This document shows positions 38,210-46,711 of a stretch of DNA of 64,000 bases, one piece after another (position 1 is the first letter of the stretch; the number at the start of each line of letters is the position of its first letter). The DNA is from Patescibacteria group bacterium (GTDB lineage: Bacteria > Patescibacteriota > Patescibacteriia > UBA10025 > JBIOWE01), in contig JBIOWE010000004.1 of NCBI GenBank assembly GCA_044868145.1, forward strand, positions 9,395 to 73,394. The letters run 5' to 3'. The notes below the pieces were generated by a model. That model ran no database searches. It saw only the letters and a program-made list of their open reading frames with translations, and was not told the origin of the DNA. The translations under genes were made by a program, and so were the position numbers.

Positions 38210-38995
38210 CTATCCGTCAACCGATCTGCGCCGCCGCCATAGAACAACGGCGGCCAACACGATCGCTATGCACGCCCATTGCGCCACGCTCAACGGGCCA
38301 AGACTCTCTGGATTGATGCGAAGAAAATCCAGTGTGAATCGAATGACGGCATAGCCAGCGAAGTACCAGAGGAACACTCGGCCCTGCAAGTTGACATTTT
38401 TCTTAAAGAACACAAGTAAAAGAAAAAACAAGGCGAGGTCCAATACCGATTCGTACAAAAAGAGCGGGTGGAAAAAGCTCTGCAGTTCGTATGTTGATGG
38501 CCGATGCGCAATATCAATAGGAATGCCCCACGCGCCGTTCGTGGGCAGCCCAAATAATTCTTGATTGAAATAATTCCCCCACCTGCCAATCGCCTGCGCT
38601 AATGGTGCGCCAAGCGCCATAATGTCCCCAAGCACCCAAAACGAGAGCTTTCGAACGCGCACATAAACAGTAAGCCCAAACAAAGAACCAAGAAATACCC
38701 CAAAGAGCGAAAGCCCTCCTTGCCAGACGTATAATATCCGTATGGGGTCGTCGCGATAATATGGCCATTCGAAAAGTACGTGAACCACCCTTCCGGCGAC
38801 AATACCCAGCGCAGGCAAAAGCAAGAAAAGATTGTACACATGATCAGATGATGTCTGTTTTTTCTTTGCCGCCCAAAGCGCCATTGCCAAACCGGCGAGC
38901 GTCGCGACGATAATCAGCACGCCATACCACGAAATCGAAAACGAACCGAAAGTAAGAAAGGTCGGCGCTGGAATAAAACTATGTAAAACATTCAT
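38210..38995 (-). CDS. lgt: Prolipoprotein diacylglyceryl transferase
   Basis: Lgt signature region GRVVHVLFEWPYY..., G...GRWGNYFNQELFG, polytopic membrane profile. Confidence 0.9.
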   Translation of the reverse strand: MNVLHSFIPAPTFLTFGSFSISWYGVLIIVATLAGLAMALWAAKKKQTSSDHVYNLFLLLPALGIVAGRVVHVLFEWPYYRDDPIRILYVWQGGLSLFGVFLGSLFGLTVYVRVRKLSFWVLGDIMALGAPLAQAIGRWGNYFNQELFGLPTNGAWGIPIDIAHRPSTYELQSFFHPLFLYESVLDLALFFLLLVFFKKNVNLQGRVFLWYFAGYAVIRFTLDFLRINPESLGPLSVAQWACIAIVLAAVVLWRRRRSVDG

Positions 38996-39007
38996 GAATG
39001 AACCCGA

Positions 39008-39751
39008 CTAGAGTAGGCTGTCAATGACTTGCTTAAACGACTCTAAGGGCAGCGCCCCAAAGATCAGCTTACCATTCACAAACGTTGCTGGCGTCCCGTT
39101 CACTCCGAACTGCGAGCCTTCGGCAAAATCAGTTTGCACTTTTTGCGCGAACTCTCCGTCATCAAGACAAGAGGAGAACTTTGAACTATCAACACCAACT
39201 TCTTTTGCCCATTGCTTTAAATTGTCGAAGCTAAGCTGTAGCTGGTTTTGAAACAGCAAATCATGGTATTCCCAAAATTTACTTTCGCCAGCGAGGCTCG
39301 CCACGCACTCAGACGCTTCCGCGGATTTCTGCGCCATCGGATGGATGGACGAGAGCGGAAAGTGGCGGTACACAAGCTTTACTTGGCCTTCATATTGCTC
39401 AAGTATCTGGAGAAGCGTCGGCGCAATCTTTTGACAGTAGGGGCATTGAAAATCCGCATATTCAACAAGAGTAATGGATGCGTTAATGTCACCACGAACA
39501 TGGTCGACGGCGCGCAACCGTATATCTACTGGCTGCGATGGTGTAGGATTTGTCCCCGTACCGGCGACTGTTCCCGACGTGGTCGCGGTGTTGGTTTCGG
39601 ACGCGTGTGTACCTACTCCCATATCAAATGTCAAAAATAAAACGAGCGATACAAGGCTCATAAGGGAAAGACCGACCAGCACGCCCATCACGAATGATGC
39701 TTTTGGAGTTGCGTAAAATCCCTTGGGTGGTTCGTTCGTTTGTTCCTGCAT
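39008..39751 (-). CDS. DsbA-family thiol:disulfide oxidoreductase, membrane-anchored (CPYC active site)
   Basis: N-terminal TM anchor. FQCPYCQKIAPTLLQI thioredoxin-fold CxxC motif. Confidence 0.8.
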   Translation of the reverse strand: MQEQTNEPPKGFYATPKASFVMGVLVGLSLMSLVSLVLFLTFDMGVGTHASETNTATTSGTVAGTGTNPTPSQPVDIRLRAVDHVRGDINASITLVEYADFQCPYCQKIAPTLLQILEQYEGQVKLVYRHFPLSSIHPMAQKSAEASECVASLAGESKFWEYHDLLFQNQLQLSFDNLKQWAKEVGVDSSKFSSCLDDGEFAQKVQTDFAEGSQFGVNGTPATFVNGKLIFGALPLESFKQVIDSLL

Positions 39752-39786
39752 AGTAAAATAAGCTGCCTGCGAGGAATGCGCGCTTG

Positions 39787-40587
39787 TTACTGCCCCAGCG
39801 CGCGGTCAATCAGCAGTGTAAAATATTCCGACGGGATAACGCCAGCATACTTTGTATTGTTGATGAAAAATGTGGGGGTACCGGTTGCACCGGCGAGCAC
39901 CGCATCGTCAAAATCCTGCTGAATCTCCGCCTGGTATTTCTCGGAATCAAGGCATTGGTTAAATTGATTCATATCAAGGCCGATTTGCTCAGCGTACGCT
40001 TTCAGGGCTGCAAGAGACAAATTATTCTGATTGATGAATATCTTGTCGTGCATCTCCCAAAACTTTCCTTGCTCATGGCTGCATTCAGCCGCTTCGGCGG
40101 CATTCAGGGCGTCCGGATGGCTATCTACGTTGGGAAAGTCGCGGTATTGAAACTTGATCCGGTTACCGTACTTTTGAATGATTTCGCGAACAATGGGAAA
40201 CGCCTGCAAACAATACGGGCATTGGAAGTCGGAAAATTCTACAATGACAACGGCGGCGTCCGCCGCTCCGACGTACGGGTCGTCCGAGCTCTCAATAGTC
40301 GCCGTACCCATGATTTGGACGTTGTTTGTGTTGATGAACGTCTGTCCACCTAGATTTAAATTTCCGGTTCGGATATTCTGGATGACCAGGGCGGCAAAAA
40401 ACGCGACGACAACAAGAAGTCCGATGCCAAACACAATGAGAATACCAAGCCACCACCGACGCGTGTGCCGGTACATGGGCTGTGGTGGATGTTGATCTAT
40501 CTCGTTCATGTTCTTATGCCTCCCTATTATATGGAATGGCCGCATGATTGACAAATACGCAACATTTGATAGCATCAGTATCAACAA
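39787..40587 (-). CDS. DsbA-family thiol:disulfide oxidoreductase, membrane-anchored (CPYC)
   Basis: FQCPYCLQAFPIVREI motif. Paralog of the neighbouring genes. Confidence 0.8.
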   Translation of the reverse strand: MLILMLSNVAYLSIMRPFHIIGRHKNMNEIDQHPPQPMYRHTRRWWLGILIVFGIGLLVVVAFFAALVIQNIRTGNLNLGGQTFINTNNVQIMGTATIESSDDPYVGAADAAVVIVEFSDFQCPYCLQAFPIVREIIQKYGNRIKFQYRDFPNVDSHPDALNAAEAAECSHEQGKFWEMHDKIFINQNNLSLAALKAYAEQIGLDMNQFNQCLDSEKYQAEIQQDFDDAVLAGATGTPTFFINNTKYAGVIPSEYFTLLIDRALGQ

Positions 40588-40598
40588 AGGGAGGTACG

Positions 40599-40859
40599 AT
40601 GTTCTTTAAACTTCTAAGAATGCTCGTCATTTTTGCGCCGTGCGTTGGCACATATTTTCTTGCGAACTGGGCAATTCAGCACTATCTATTGCCCTGGTTG
40701 TTCTGGAACGTCCTGAAGTCTGCCCTATCGTATGAAAGCAGGGTTGTCCTCGCAATCATGGTATTCTACGTTGAGGTAATCCTTGCCGCCAATCTTGTTG
40801 ATCGTACGCTATTCAGCAAACCAAAACAAAAGCCGCAACGACTGCAAAAGGCTACGTGA
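40599..40859 (+). CDS. Small membrane protein of about 86 aa; hypothetical
   Basis: ATG preceded by AAAGGGAGG. Two or three TM helices. Followed by a clean terminator (feature 40872..40899). Confidence 0.45.
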   Translation: MFFKLLRMLVIFAPCVGTYFLANWAIQHYLLPWLFWNVLKSALSYESRVVLAIMVFYVEVILAANLVDRTLFSKPKQKPQRLQKAT

Positions 40860-40871
40860 TCCATGTTCGAA

Positions 40872-40899
40872 GCACCGCCTCAGAAACGGTGCTTTTTTT
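40872..40899 (+). terminator. Rho-independent terminator (GCACCGcctcagaaaCGGTGC + T7)
   Basis: Hairpin plus U-tract read directly. Confidence 0.7.
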
Positions 40900-40974
40900 G
40901 TTTGGGTGCTGCCCAGATTGCTTGACGGAACGCGACATTTTAGTGTACGTTGTAGAAAGAAAAAAGGAGGGAGT

Positions 40975-41259
40975 ATGCTCTTTAGAATAATTTCGGCAGT
41001 GCTAGGTTTTACGTTCGTATCTTCACTTTCCGCATGGTCGAAGGTTAGTGCCGGGGGTCAAACGACTCACGTGCTTTCCAAGTGGGAAGCATTCGCTCCA
41101 ATGATCATTCTCTTGGTCTGCGTGCTAGCCTTACTCGTGTGGGTTGGATTGTGGCAAAAGCGTAATACGCGTAAGCCAGGCCCTGGGGATACCGCGCGGT
41201 TCCCTCACTGCGACTGCCCCGAAGGTAATCCCGAAAAGGGAGATTTGAATAAACACTGA
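40975..41259 (+). CDS. Small secreted/membrane protein of about 94 aa; hypothetical
   Basis: ATG preceded by AAAAGGAGGGAG. N-terminal signal-like helix plus a second TM. Followed by a perfect terminator (feature 41254..41277). Confidence 0.45.
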   Translation: MLFRIISAVLGFTFVSSLSAWSKVSAGGQTTHVLSKWEAFAPMIILLVCVLALLVWVGLWQKRNTRKPGPGDTARFPHCDCPEGNPEKGDLNKH

Positions 41260-41277
41260 CCCACGGTCAGTGTTTTT
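41254..41277 (+). terminator. Rho-independent terminator (CACTGACCcacGGTCAGTG + T5)
   Basis: Perfect 8-bp stem and U-tract. Confidence 0.75.
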
Positions 41278-41336
41278 CTATAAATAAATCGAGGCGCGAA
41301 AACCTGCACTTGGCTTGTTTTGGCTGTTCAAACGTT

Positions 41337-42323
41337 TTATATGCTATTGTTTTGGGAGGGTTGTCTCGGTTTTCTTTTTCTTCTTACAAGAACAAAGAAA
41401 ATTGCGATAGCGATAAACGCTGGCATAAACCAATCGGTGAAGTGTTGAGACCAGAGTAATACTTTTTGACTCGCCTGAAAATAAACATCAATCAATCCGG
41501 CTTTCGTGAGAAATCCAAAAAATGAATTTGTTCCATTGGAAAGAATAAAGATGAACCCGAGCAGGAAAAAAAGAGTTGCAGCGATCAGATTCGTCGAATG
41601 AACATGGAGCTCTTTTCCGCCGATACTGAATGTCCAAAGCTTGCCACGCAGTAGCCCGCGTTCATGGGTTTTGAATCTGTCGAAAAAGTACGCGAGAATA
41701 AAAAGCGGAAGCGCAAGCCCGAGACTGTAGACAACCAGTAAAAGGCTTGATTGGAAAGGATTTGCGTATGTGCTCGCCAGCGTAATAATCGCACCAATGA
41801 TCGGTGCTGTGCATGTGCCGGCAGCAAATCCTGTTGTGATTCCCAGTAAGTACACGGAGCCGAAGCTTTGTTTGTTACTTTGGATTCGCAGGAACGAAGG
41901 AAGAAACGAAAAGGATTTTTCGAACAGGAGCATAAGGCCAAATATAAAAAATAAGATGCCGGCGATAACAAACAGAGTGCCCTGATAGTTGATGAAAATC
42001 TTTGCGACGAGTGATGCGGAAAACCCAAGCGGCACATAGACCGTGACGAGTCCCAGAAAAAAGACAAATGTCATTTCAACAAGCCTACGGCGTTCTTTGA
42101 ACGCGTACGCAAAAAAAGCTGGTAGAAGAGCTGCTGAACATGGCGAAAGAAGCGCGAGGAATCCTCCGATCAATGCGGCGAAGAGAGAAACATGAATCGG
42201 CAATGCTCCCGTGTTCCCAACTCGCAAAACCGGCGTCGTGAGTATAACAATGCCTACCGTCAACAGAGCAGTAATCGCGATAAAAAAGACAAGTGGTGAT
42301 GGCTTGAAATTCGTTTGATCCAT
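41337..42323 (-). CDS. ccdA: Cytochrome c biogenesis / disulfide electron-transfer membrane protein, CcdA/DsbD family
   Basis: Polytopic. Conserved Cys in TM1 (LLSPCSAALLPAFFAY) and a second Cys (AGTCTAPIIGAI), typical of the DsbD core. Confidence 0.8.
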   Translation of the reverse strand: MDQTNFKPSPLVFFIAITALLTVGIVILTTPVLRVGNTGALPIHVSLFAALIGGFLALLSPCSAALLPAFFAYAFKERRRLVEMTFVFFLGLVTVYVPLGFSASLVAKIFINYQGTLFVIAGILFFIFGLMLLFEKSFSFLPSFLRIQSNKQSFGSVYLLGITTGFAAGTCTAPIIGAIITLASTYANPFQSSLLLVVYSLGLALPLFILAYFFDRFKTHERGLLRGKLWTFSIGGKELHVHSTNLIAATLFFLLGFIFILSNGTNSFFGFLTKAGLIDVYFQASQKVLLWSQHFTDWFMPAFIAIAIFFVLVRRKRKPRQPSQNNSI

Positions 42324-42419
42324 AGCGTCAGTATACCAAAATTCACGGCTTCCGAAGAAAACCGTGAATCGTGAGAGAGTCTGTTACGTTTACCTTAGCA
42401 TGAACGACCACGTGAATCT

Positions 42420-43220
42420 CTATGCGGAAAGCGCCTGATCAATAATCTGCTTCATTGTCGCGAATGGGTATGCTCCGGGAATAATCTGTGCTTTCCCGTT
42501 TTTATCAACAATGATCGTTCCTGGTGTGCCAGTGATGCCTGCGGTTGTACCGTCATTCAAGTCGCTGCTCACGACCGACGCCATTTCACCGCTATCGAGA
42601 CAGTCTTGGAACTTGGTCTGGCTTACCCCAATCTCTTTTGCAAGTGGCCCTAGGTCCGTAAGTGCAAAGCCAGTGCCGTTTGAGGTTGTGCGCTCGAATA
42701 TTTTGTCATGGAATTGCCAGAATGCGTCTTCACCGCTAAGCTTTGCAACGCATTCAGATGCTTCCGCTTCTTTCTGGGCATTTGCATGAAACGATAAAGG
42801 GAAATGGCGATAAACCAAACGCACTTTGTCCTTGTAATCAGTTAAGATTTGGGCAGTCGTCGGAGCAAATTGCTTACAGAATGGACACTCAAAGTCGGAA
42901 TATTCAATCAGTGTGACGCTGGCGTTCTTGTTGCCGCGTACGTGGTCGTCGTTGCCGACAGCGCGGTATTGCCCCGCTGCCTGTGTAAGAGAGTTACCCG
43001 TCCCTGAAGTGTTTGTCGTCGTTGTGGTGGTTGTACCGGTCGTGTTGATCTTGGTTGACGCGGTCGATGGATTTCTCAAAAGCGTCAACCCAAGGACAAG
43101 CGCGACAATGCTCATCACGGTGAGTCCGGCGAGGCTGCCCATAACAAAGGCGGCCTTCGGCGACATGGAAAAGTCCCTGGCTAGGTTGACCTTTTTCTCT
43201 TCTTTCTGTTGTTCTTCCAT
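42420..43220 (-). CDS. DsbA-family thiol:disulfide oxidoreductase, membrane-anchored (CPFC)
   Basis: FECPFCKQFAPTTAQILTDY motif. Thr-rich linker after the TM anchor. Confidence 0.8.
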   Translation of the reverse strand: MEEQQKEEKKVNLARDFSMSPKAAFVMGSLAGLTVMSIVALVLGLTLLRNPSTASTKINTTGTTTTTTTNTSGTGNSLTQAAGQYRAVGNDDHVRGNKNASVTLIEYSDFECPFCKQFAPTTAQILTDYKDKVRLVYRHFPLSFHANAQKEAEASECVAKLSGEDAFWQFHDKIFERTTSNGTGFALTDLGPLAKEIGVSQTKFQDCLDSGEMASVVSSDLNDGTTAGITGTPGTIIVDKNGKAQIIPGAYPFATMKQIIDQALSA

Positions 43221-43245
43221 AAAAATACGTTAATAGTGATAATAA

Positions 43246-44271
43246 TTATTTTGTTTGACAAGTATAGTTTGAGGAATATGCATGCGTCATTGTTTGATCA
43301 ACGCTCTGACTCTGGACTGACGCGGGCGATTGGTTCCGCATCGGGCACAGGAGCAGCTCCGAGGAAAAAGGGACGCGCTCACCATCATGCGTGAATGCAA
43401 AGATGGCGTTACTTTGCACCATAAACAATCCAACAATGACTATGACCGCAGCTATGGCAACCGGAACACGTTTTCGAAAATGGCTGGATGGTACATGGCC
43501 GCTCAGTAGTTGTTGAACGCGCAGTTCTGTTGTCGATAAAAACGGTATAGGTACGTTGCTCCCGCGCTGCTTTCTGCCGAGAAGTTTCAAAAGCGCGCTG
43601 CCGAGAAATCGCGGTTCGCGGAAAGACTGCGTCGCATATTCATCAGCGGCAAGCTCTAACGTGTGTTTGAAGTCTTGGACCGTACGGTCTATAAAAGGAA
43701 CTAAGAAAAACATTTGAGCGGCGGCATGAGCAAAAAACAATCTGAGAGGGTCCCGATCAAGCAAGTGTCTTTTTTCATGAAGCAAAATTGTTTTTAATTC
43801 ATTCGGGGATACGGATCGTACGAACGCTGACGATACGTAAATGCGGGGCTTGAGTAAACCGGCGCAGAACACATGCATGGTATTCTGCGAAAGTTCAAAC
43901 ACCTTTTTGTTGAGCGCAGTGGCTAGAATTGCTTGGCTGAGCTTCTTTGATGGCTTGCGTAGAGCAAACCGATGTGTGTCGCTGAACCGATACACGCCTA
44001 GTAATTCTCGAATAACTGCGGCAATAAGCAAAACGAAAAATATGCTCGACAGAAGAAAAAGCGCAAACATTGTTCCGGCGGCAAATGGATGTTCGGAAAA
44101 AAAGGAAATCTGTGTAGCGCACGTGCAGGTGCCCTGACCTTCCTGCAGAACCTTGTATCCATTCATCATAACCGGCAGCGTCTTCCAAAAAATCAAACCA
44201 AAGAAACTAATGGTTGCAAATAGCATTGCAGTGAGTCCGAAAAAAAGAAAATGCGCATTTCGACGGTACAT
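43246..44271 (-). CDS. M56-family (BlaR1/MecR1-like) membrane zinc metalloprotease lacking a C-terminal penicillin-binding sensor domain
   Basis: HEKRHLLDRD (HExxH) followed by ELAADEYA, in a four-TM N-terminal arrangement. 341 aa. Directly downstream of the BlaI-family repressor. Confidence 0.7.
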   Translation of the reverse strand: MYRRNAHFLFFGLTAMLFATISFFGLIFWKTLPVMMNGYKVLQEGQGTCTCATQISFFSEHPFAAGTMFALFLLSSIFFVLLIAAVIRELLGVYRFSDTHRFALRKPSKKLSQAILATALNKKVFELSQNTMHVFCAGLLKPRIYVSSAFVRSVSPNELKTILLHEKRHLLDRDPLRLFFAHAAAQMFFLVPFIDRTVQDFKHTLELAADEYATQSFREPRFLGSALLKLLGRKQRGSNVPIPFLSTTELRVQQLLSGHVPSSHFRKRVPVAIAAVIVIVGLFMVQSNAIFAFTHDGERVPFSSELLLCPMRNQSPASVQSQSVDQTMTHAYSSNYTCQTK

Positions 44272-44274
44272 AGA

Positions 44275-44664
44275 CTATGTTTTTTTGAATTTTACTTTCA
44301 ACTTCTCAAGCAAACGGGGGTCAATTTCTTCAAGTGTATCAACGAACTGTACAATCGCGACATCACCATAGACTCTTCGTAAATCTTGCAAAAGCTGGCG
44401 CGATGCGCGTTTGAAAAATTCTTCGCGATCATACAGCGAGGAATAAGAGTACGTATTGTCCGTTTTCTTCCGGGTCAAGACTTTTTTCGCAAACAAGCGA
44501 TCCATGATCGTCATTATGGTCGTGTACGCATACGAACGCTTCTTCTGCAGTGCCTCAAACACGTCACGAACCGTTACGGATTCATGGTCCCAAACCACGT
44601 TCATGACCTCGCGTTCGAGATCTCCGAGTATTTGTAATCGCGCTTTATTTACGTTGAATCGCAT
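44275..44664 (-). CDS. BlaI/MecI/CopY family transcriptional repressor
   Basis: 129 aa winged-helix protein: ...VMNVVWDHESVTVRDVFEAL...YAYTTIMTIMDRLFAKKVLTRKK. Confidence 0.85.
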   Translation of the reverse strand: MRFNVNKARLQILGDLEREVMNVVWDHESVTVRDVFEALQKKRSYAYTTIMTIMDRLFAKKVLTRKKTDNTYSYSSLYDREEFFKRASRQLLQDLRRVYGDVAIVQFVDTLEEIDPRLLEKLKVKFKKT

Positions 44665-44710
44665 AGCTACTATACAGTGTAGTAGGGATTGAGTAATGAG
44701 TCAAATCAGT

Positions 44711-44757
44711 TATCCACAACGTAAAATCCGCCTCCTCGGCGGATCACGTTGTGTACA
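44711..44757. promoter_or_regulatory. Candidate operator upstream of the BlaI-family gene: inverted repeat CCACAACGT ... ACGTTGTGT (with a TGTACA end) enclosing a second GC palindrome ATCCGCCtcctcGGCGGAT
   Basis: Nested palindromes 55-100 nt upstream of the repressor start codon. BlaI/CopY operators are TACA/TGTA-type palindromes. Confidence 0.35.
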
Positions 44758-44780
44758 AAAAATGCGCTGCCAGGCGCAGT
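44755..44780 (-). terminator. Rho-independent terminator for the ferredoxin gene (TGCGCctggcaGCGCA + T6 on the minus strand)
   Basis: Hairpin plus U-tract read on the minus strand. Confidence 0.65.
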
Positions 44781-44813
44781 CTTCCTTATTTTTTATATTT
44801 TATTTTTAATCTT

Positions 44814-45032
44814 TTATTTCTTTTCGGGGTATATCTGGGTCCCGTTGTCGTCATAAACAATTATGGCTTCCGTGGGGCACGACTTGGCCGCGTCAAGAAT
44901 CGTTTGGTCGTCTGCGCCTTTTGCATTCTTCACCACTGCTTTATTTTCATCATCAAGCTCAAACACGTCAGGGGCAACGGCAATGCACGATGCCGCGCCA
45001 ATACATTTTTCTCGATCAACAACAATTTTCAT
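44814..45032 (-). CDS. fdx: Small single-cluster [3Fe-4S]/[4Fe-4S] ferredoxin
   Basis: 72 aa. CIGAASCIAVAP ... CP motif, Pyrococcus-Fd-like. Confidence 0.8.
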   Translation of the reverse strand: MKIVVDREKCIGAASCIAVAPDVFELDDENKAVVKNAKGADDQTILDAAKSCPTEAIIVYDDNGTQIYPEKK

Positions 45033-45173
45033 ACTAAAGATAGTGTACGGGATTTTTTGATGATTGTCCAGCGCACCGCACAGATAAACTGTGCGCTGGG
45101 ATAAAAACTAACCCAATGCACAGCTTGACTGTGCGTTGGGTTGTGGCAGTAAAATAAAAAAAGCCCCCGTTTT

Positions 45174-45410
45174 TTATGCGAGGGCTTGGTAAAGATCCGG
45201 CTGAATGATTTTGACGAATTCAATGAGCAGTGGGTATACCGCGTCTCTATGACGCAAGGTGATAAAAAGCGCTTTATCCTGTATTTCAAAATAATCCGGA
45301 TCGCGCTTGTTATTGATCAAAAAGTTAACAAACGCCGCTTCAAAAGAGTCATCAGTTACTTCGCCATCCATGGCAGCTATCTCCAGTTGATACAACGATG
45401 ATAGTTGCAT
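45174..45410 (-). CDS. Hypothetical protein of 78 aa
   Basis: Canonical TTGACA-17nt-TACTCT promoter and an AGGAGG RBS 7 nt upstream of the ATG. No motif recognised. Confidence 0.6.
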   Translation of the reverse strand: MQLSSLYQLEIAAMDGEVTDDSFEAAFVNFLINNKRDPDYFEIQDKALFITLRHRDAVYPLLIEFVKIIQPDLYQALA

Positions 45411-45446
45411 GGGTTTCCTCCTTATTTAAATGTGCGTGAACAAACA

Positions 45447-45475
45447 AGAGTAGCACGTACCCTTTACCTTGTCAA
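45447..45475 (-). promoter_or_regulatory. Sigma70-like promoter (TTGACA, 17 bp, TACTCT) for the 78-aa hypothetical gene
   Basis: Read on the minus strand. Exact 17-bp spacer. Followed by the AGGAGG RBS. Confidence 0.5.
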
Positions 45476-45476
45476 T

Positions 45477-45510
45477 ACCAAAAAGCGCACCTCTCTTGTG
45501 GGTGCGCTTT
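45477..45510 (-). terminator. Rho-independent terminator for sod (AAAGCGCACCcacaagagaGGTGCGCTTT + T5 on the minus strand)
   Basis: Hairpin plus U-tract directly downstream of the sod stop codon. Confidence 0.7.
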
Positions 45511-45557
45511 CATTGCCTACAACCAATCGCAGGCGCGGCGGCCTGCGCTTGGTTTAA

Positions 45558-46190
45558 TTATTTTCTCGCTATCTTATACCGTCGATCTACCTCTTTCCAA
45601 TCCACATTCTGGAAAAATGCGTCAATGTAGGTTTTTCGGTCAGAGCCATAGTCAATGAAGTATGAGTGTTCATACACGTCGCACGGGAGAAGTAAGGTGC
45701 AGCCCCACACGCCACCTTGGTTTTGCGCGTCCGCGGCGTAGATGTGTAAACGATTGTCTGACGGATCAAAGCACAGAATCGACCAACCGCGCGCTGCCAT
45801 GCCCGTGGCAACGAAGGCTTCCATGAATTTTGGGTAGCTGCCCCATTCCTTTTCAATTGCTTTGTACACGTCCGCCCCTTCTGGTTTGCCGTCGCCGCCG
45901 AGCACAGAGAAGTATACTTCATGGAGGATCATCCCATTCGCCGCAAACGTCTCCCCTTCTTTTAACCCACGGTACGCGGAGTACACTTGGTTTGCCTTAG
46001 ACGCGTCCGCCTGATGGATCGATTCCTCAACCTCATTGCGCTTGTTCACGTAGCCTGTATACAGCTTGCCGTGGTGGATTTCGTTTGTTTTGTCGGAAAT
46101 CCCTTTGAGGGATTTGAATTTGAGCGGTCTGACTTGATGTTTATGCATATGATTTTGGTTAATGATTATCGAATGCCTGCCTTTTGTCAT
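45558..46190 (-). CDS. sodA: Fe/Mn superoxide dismutase
   Basis: HHGKLYTGYVNK N-terminal helical motif and DVYEHSYFIDYG C-terminal signature (DVWEHAYY-like). The N-terminal start is uncertain: there is a 10-25 aa extension relative to typical SODs. Confidence 0.9.
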   Translation of the reverse strand: MTKGRHSIIINQNHMHKHQVRPLKFKSLKGISDKTNEIHHGKLYTGYVNKRNEVEESIHQADASKANQVYSAYRGLKEGETFAANGMILHEVYFSVLGGDGKPEGADVYKAIEKEWGSYPKFMEAFVATGMAARGWSILCFDPSDNRLHIYAADAQNQGGVWGCTLLLPCDVYEHSYFIDYGSDRKTYIDAFFQNVDWKEVDRRYKIARK

Positions 46191-46348
46191 TTCGAACCCC
46201 CACCTTAAAGTGGGGTGAGAAATCTCCTTGAATTAAGCAATTACTATAAGATTTCTCCGCTCCCCCTCGCCGTTCGACTTCGTCCCGCTGAGCGGGACTT
46301 CGCTCACGGCTCGGGGTCGGTCGAAATGACAGTGACAAGTCAATGTTA

Positions 46349-46708
46349 TTACTTAATTGCTTGTTGAACCGTCTCCAATCCCAGCGTCGCGCATTTTTTG
46401 CGCGACGGGTTAATATGCTCGCCCACGACTTGCAAAATATCATGCTCGTTCATCTTCGCAAGGTCTGCCTTTGTTTTACCGACGAGCATGTCGGACAATA
46501 TAGACGCGGATGCTTGAGAAAGTGCGCAGCCTTCGCCGCTCCATTTTACCTCTGACACCTTATCCCCGTCAAATTTGAGAAAAAATTCCGTTACGTCTCC
46601 ACACAGAGTGTTCTCCAAACGGCCATGGTTGTCGGCAGGCTCAAGCTTACCAGAGTTGCGCGGGTTTTTAAAATGATCGAGGATAAGTTCACGATAAATA
46701 TCGGACAT
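46349..46708 (-). CDS. sufU: Fe-S cluster scaffold, SufU/IscU (NifU-like)
   Basis: LENTLCGD ... GEGCALSQASASIL conserved Cys ligands. 119 aa. Confidence 0.85.
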   Translation of the reverse strand: MSDIYRELILDHFKNPRNSGKLEPADNHGRLENTLCGDVTEFFLKFDGDKVSEVKWSGEGCALSQASASILSDMLVGKTKADLAKMNEHDILQVVGEHINPSRKKCATLGLETVQQAIK

Positions 46709-46711
46709 AGA

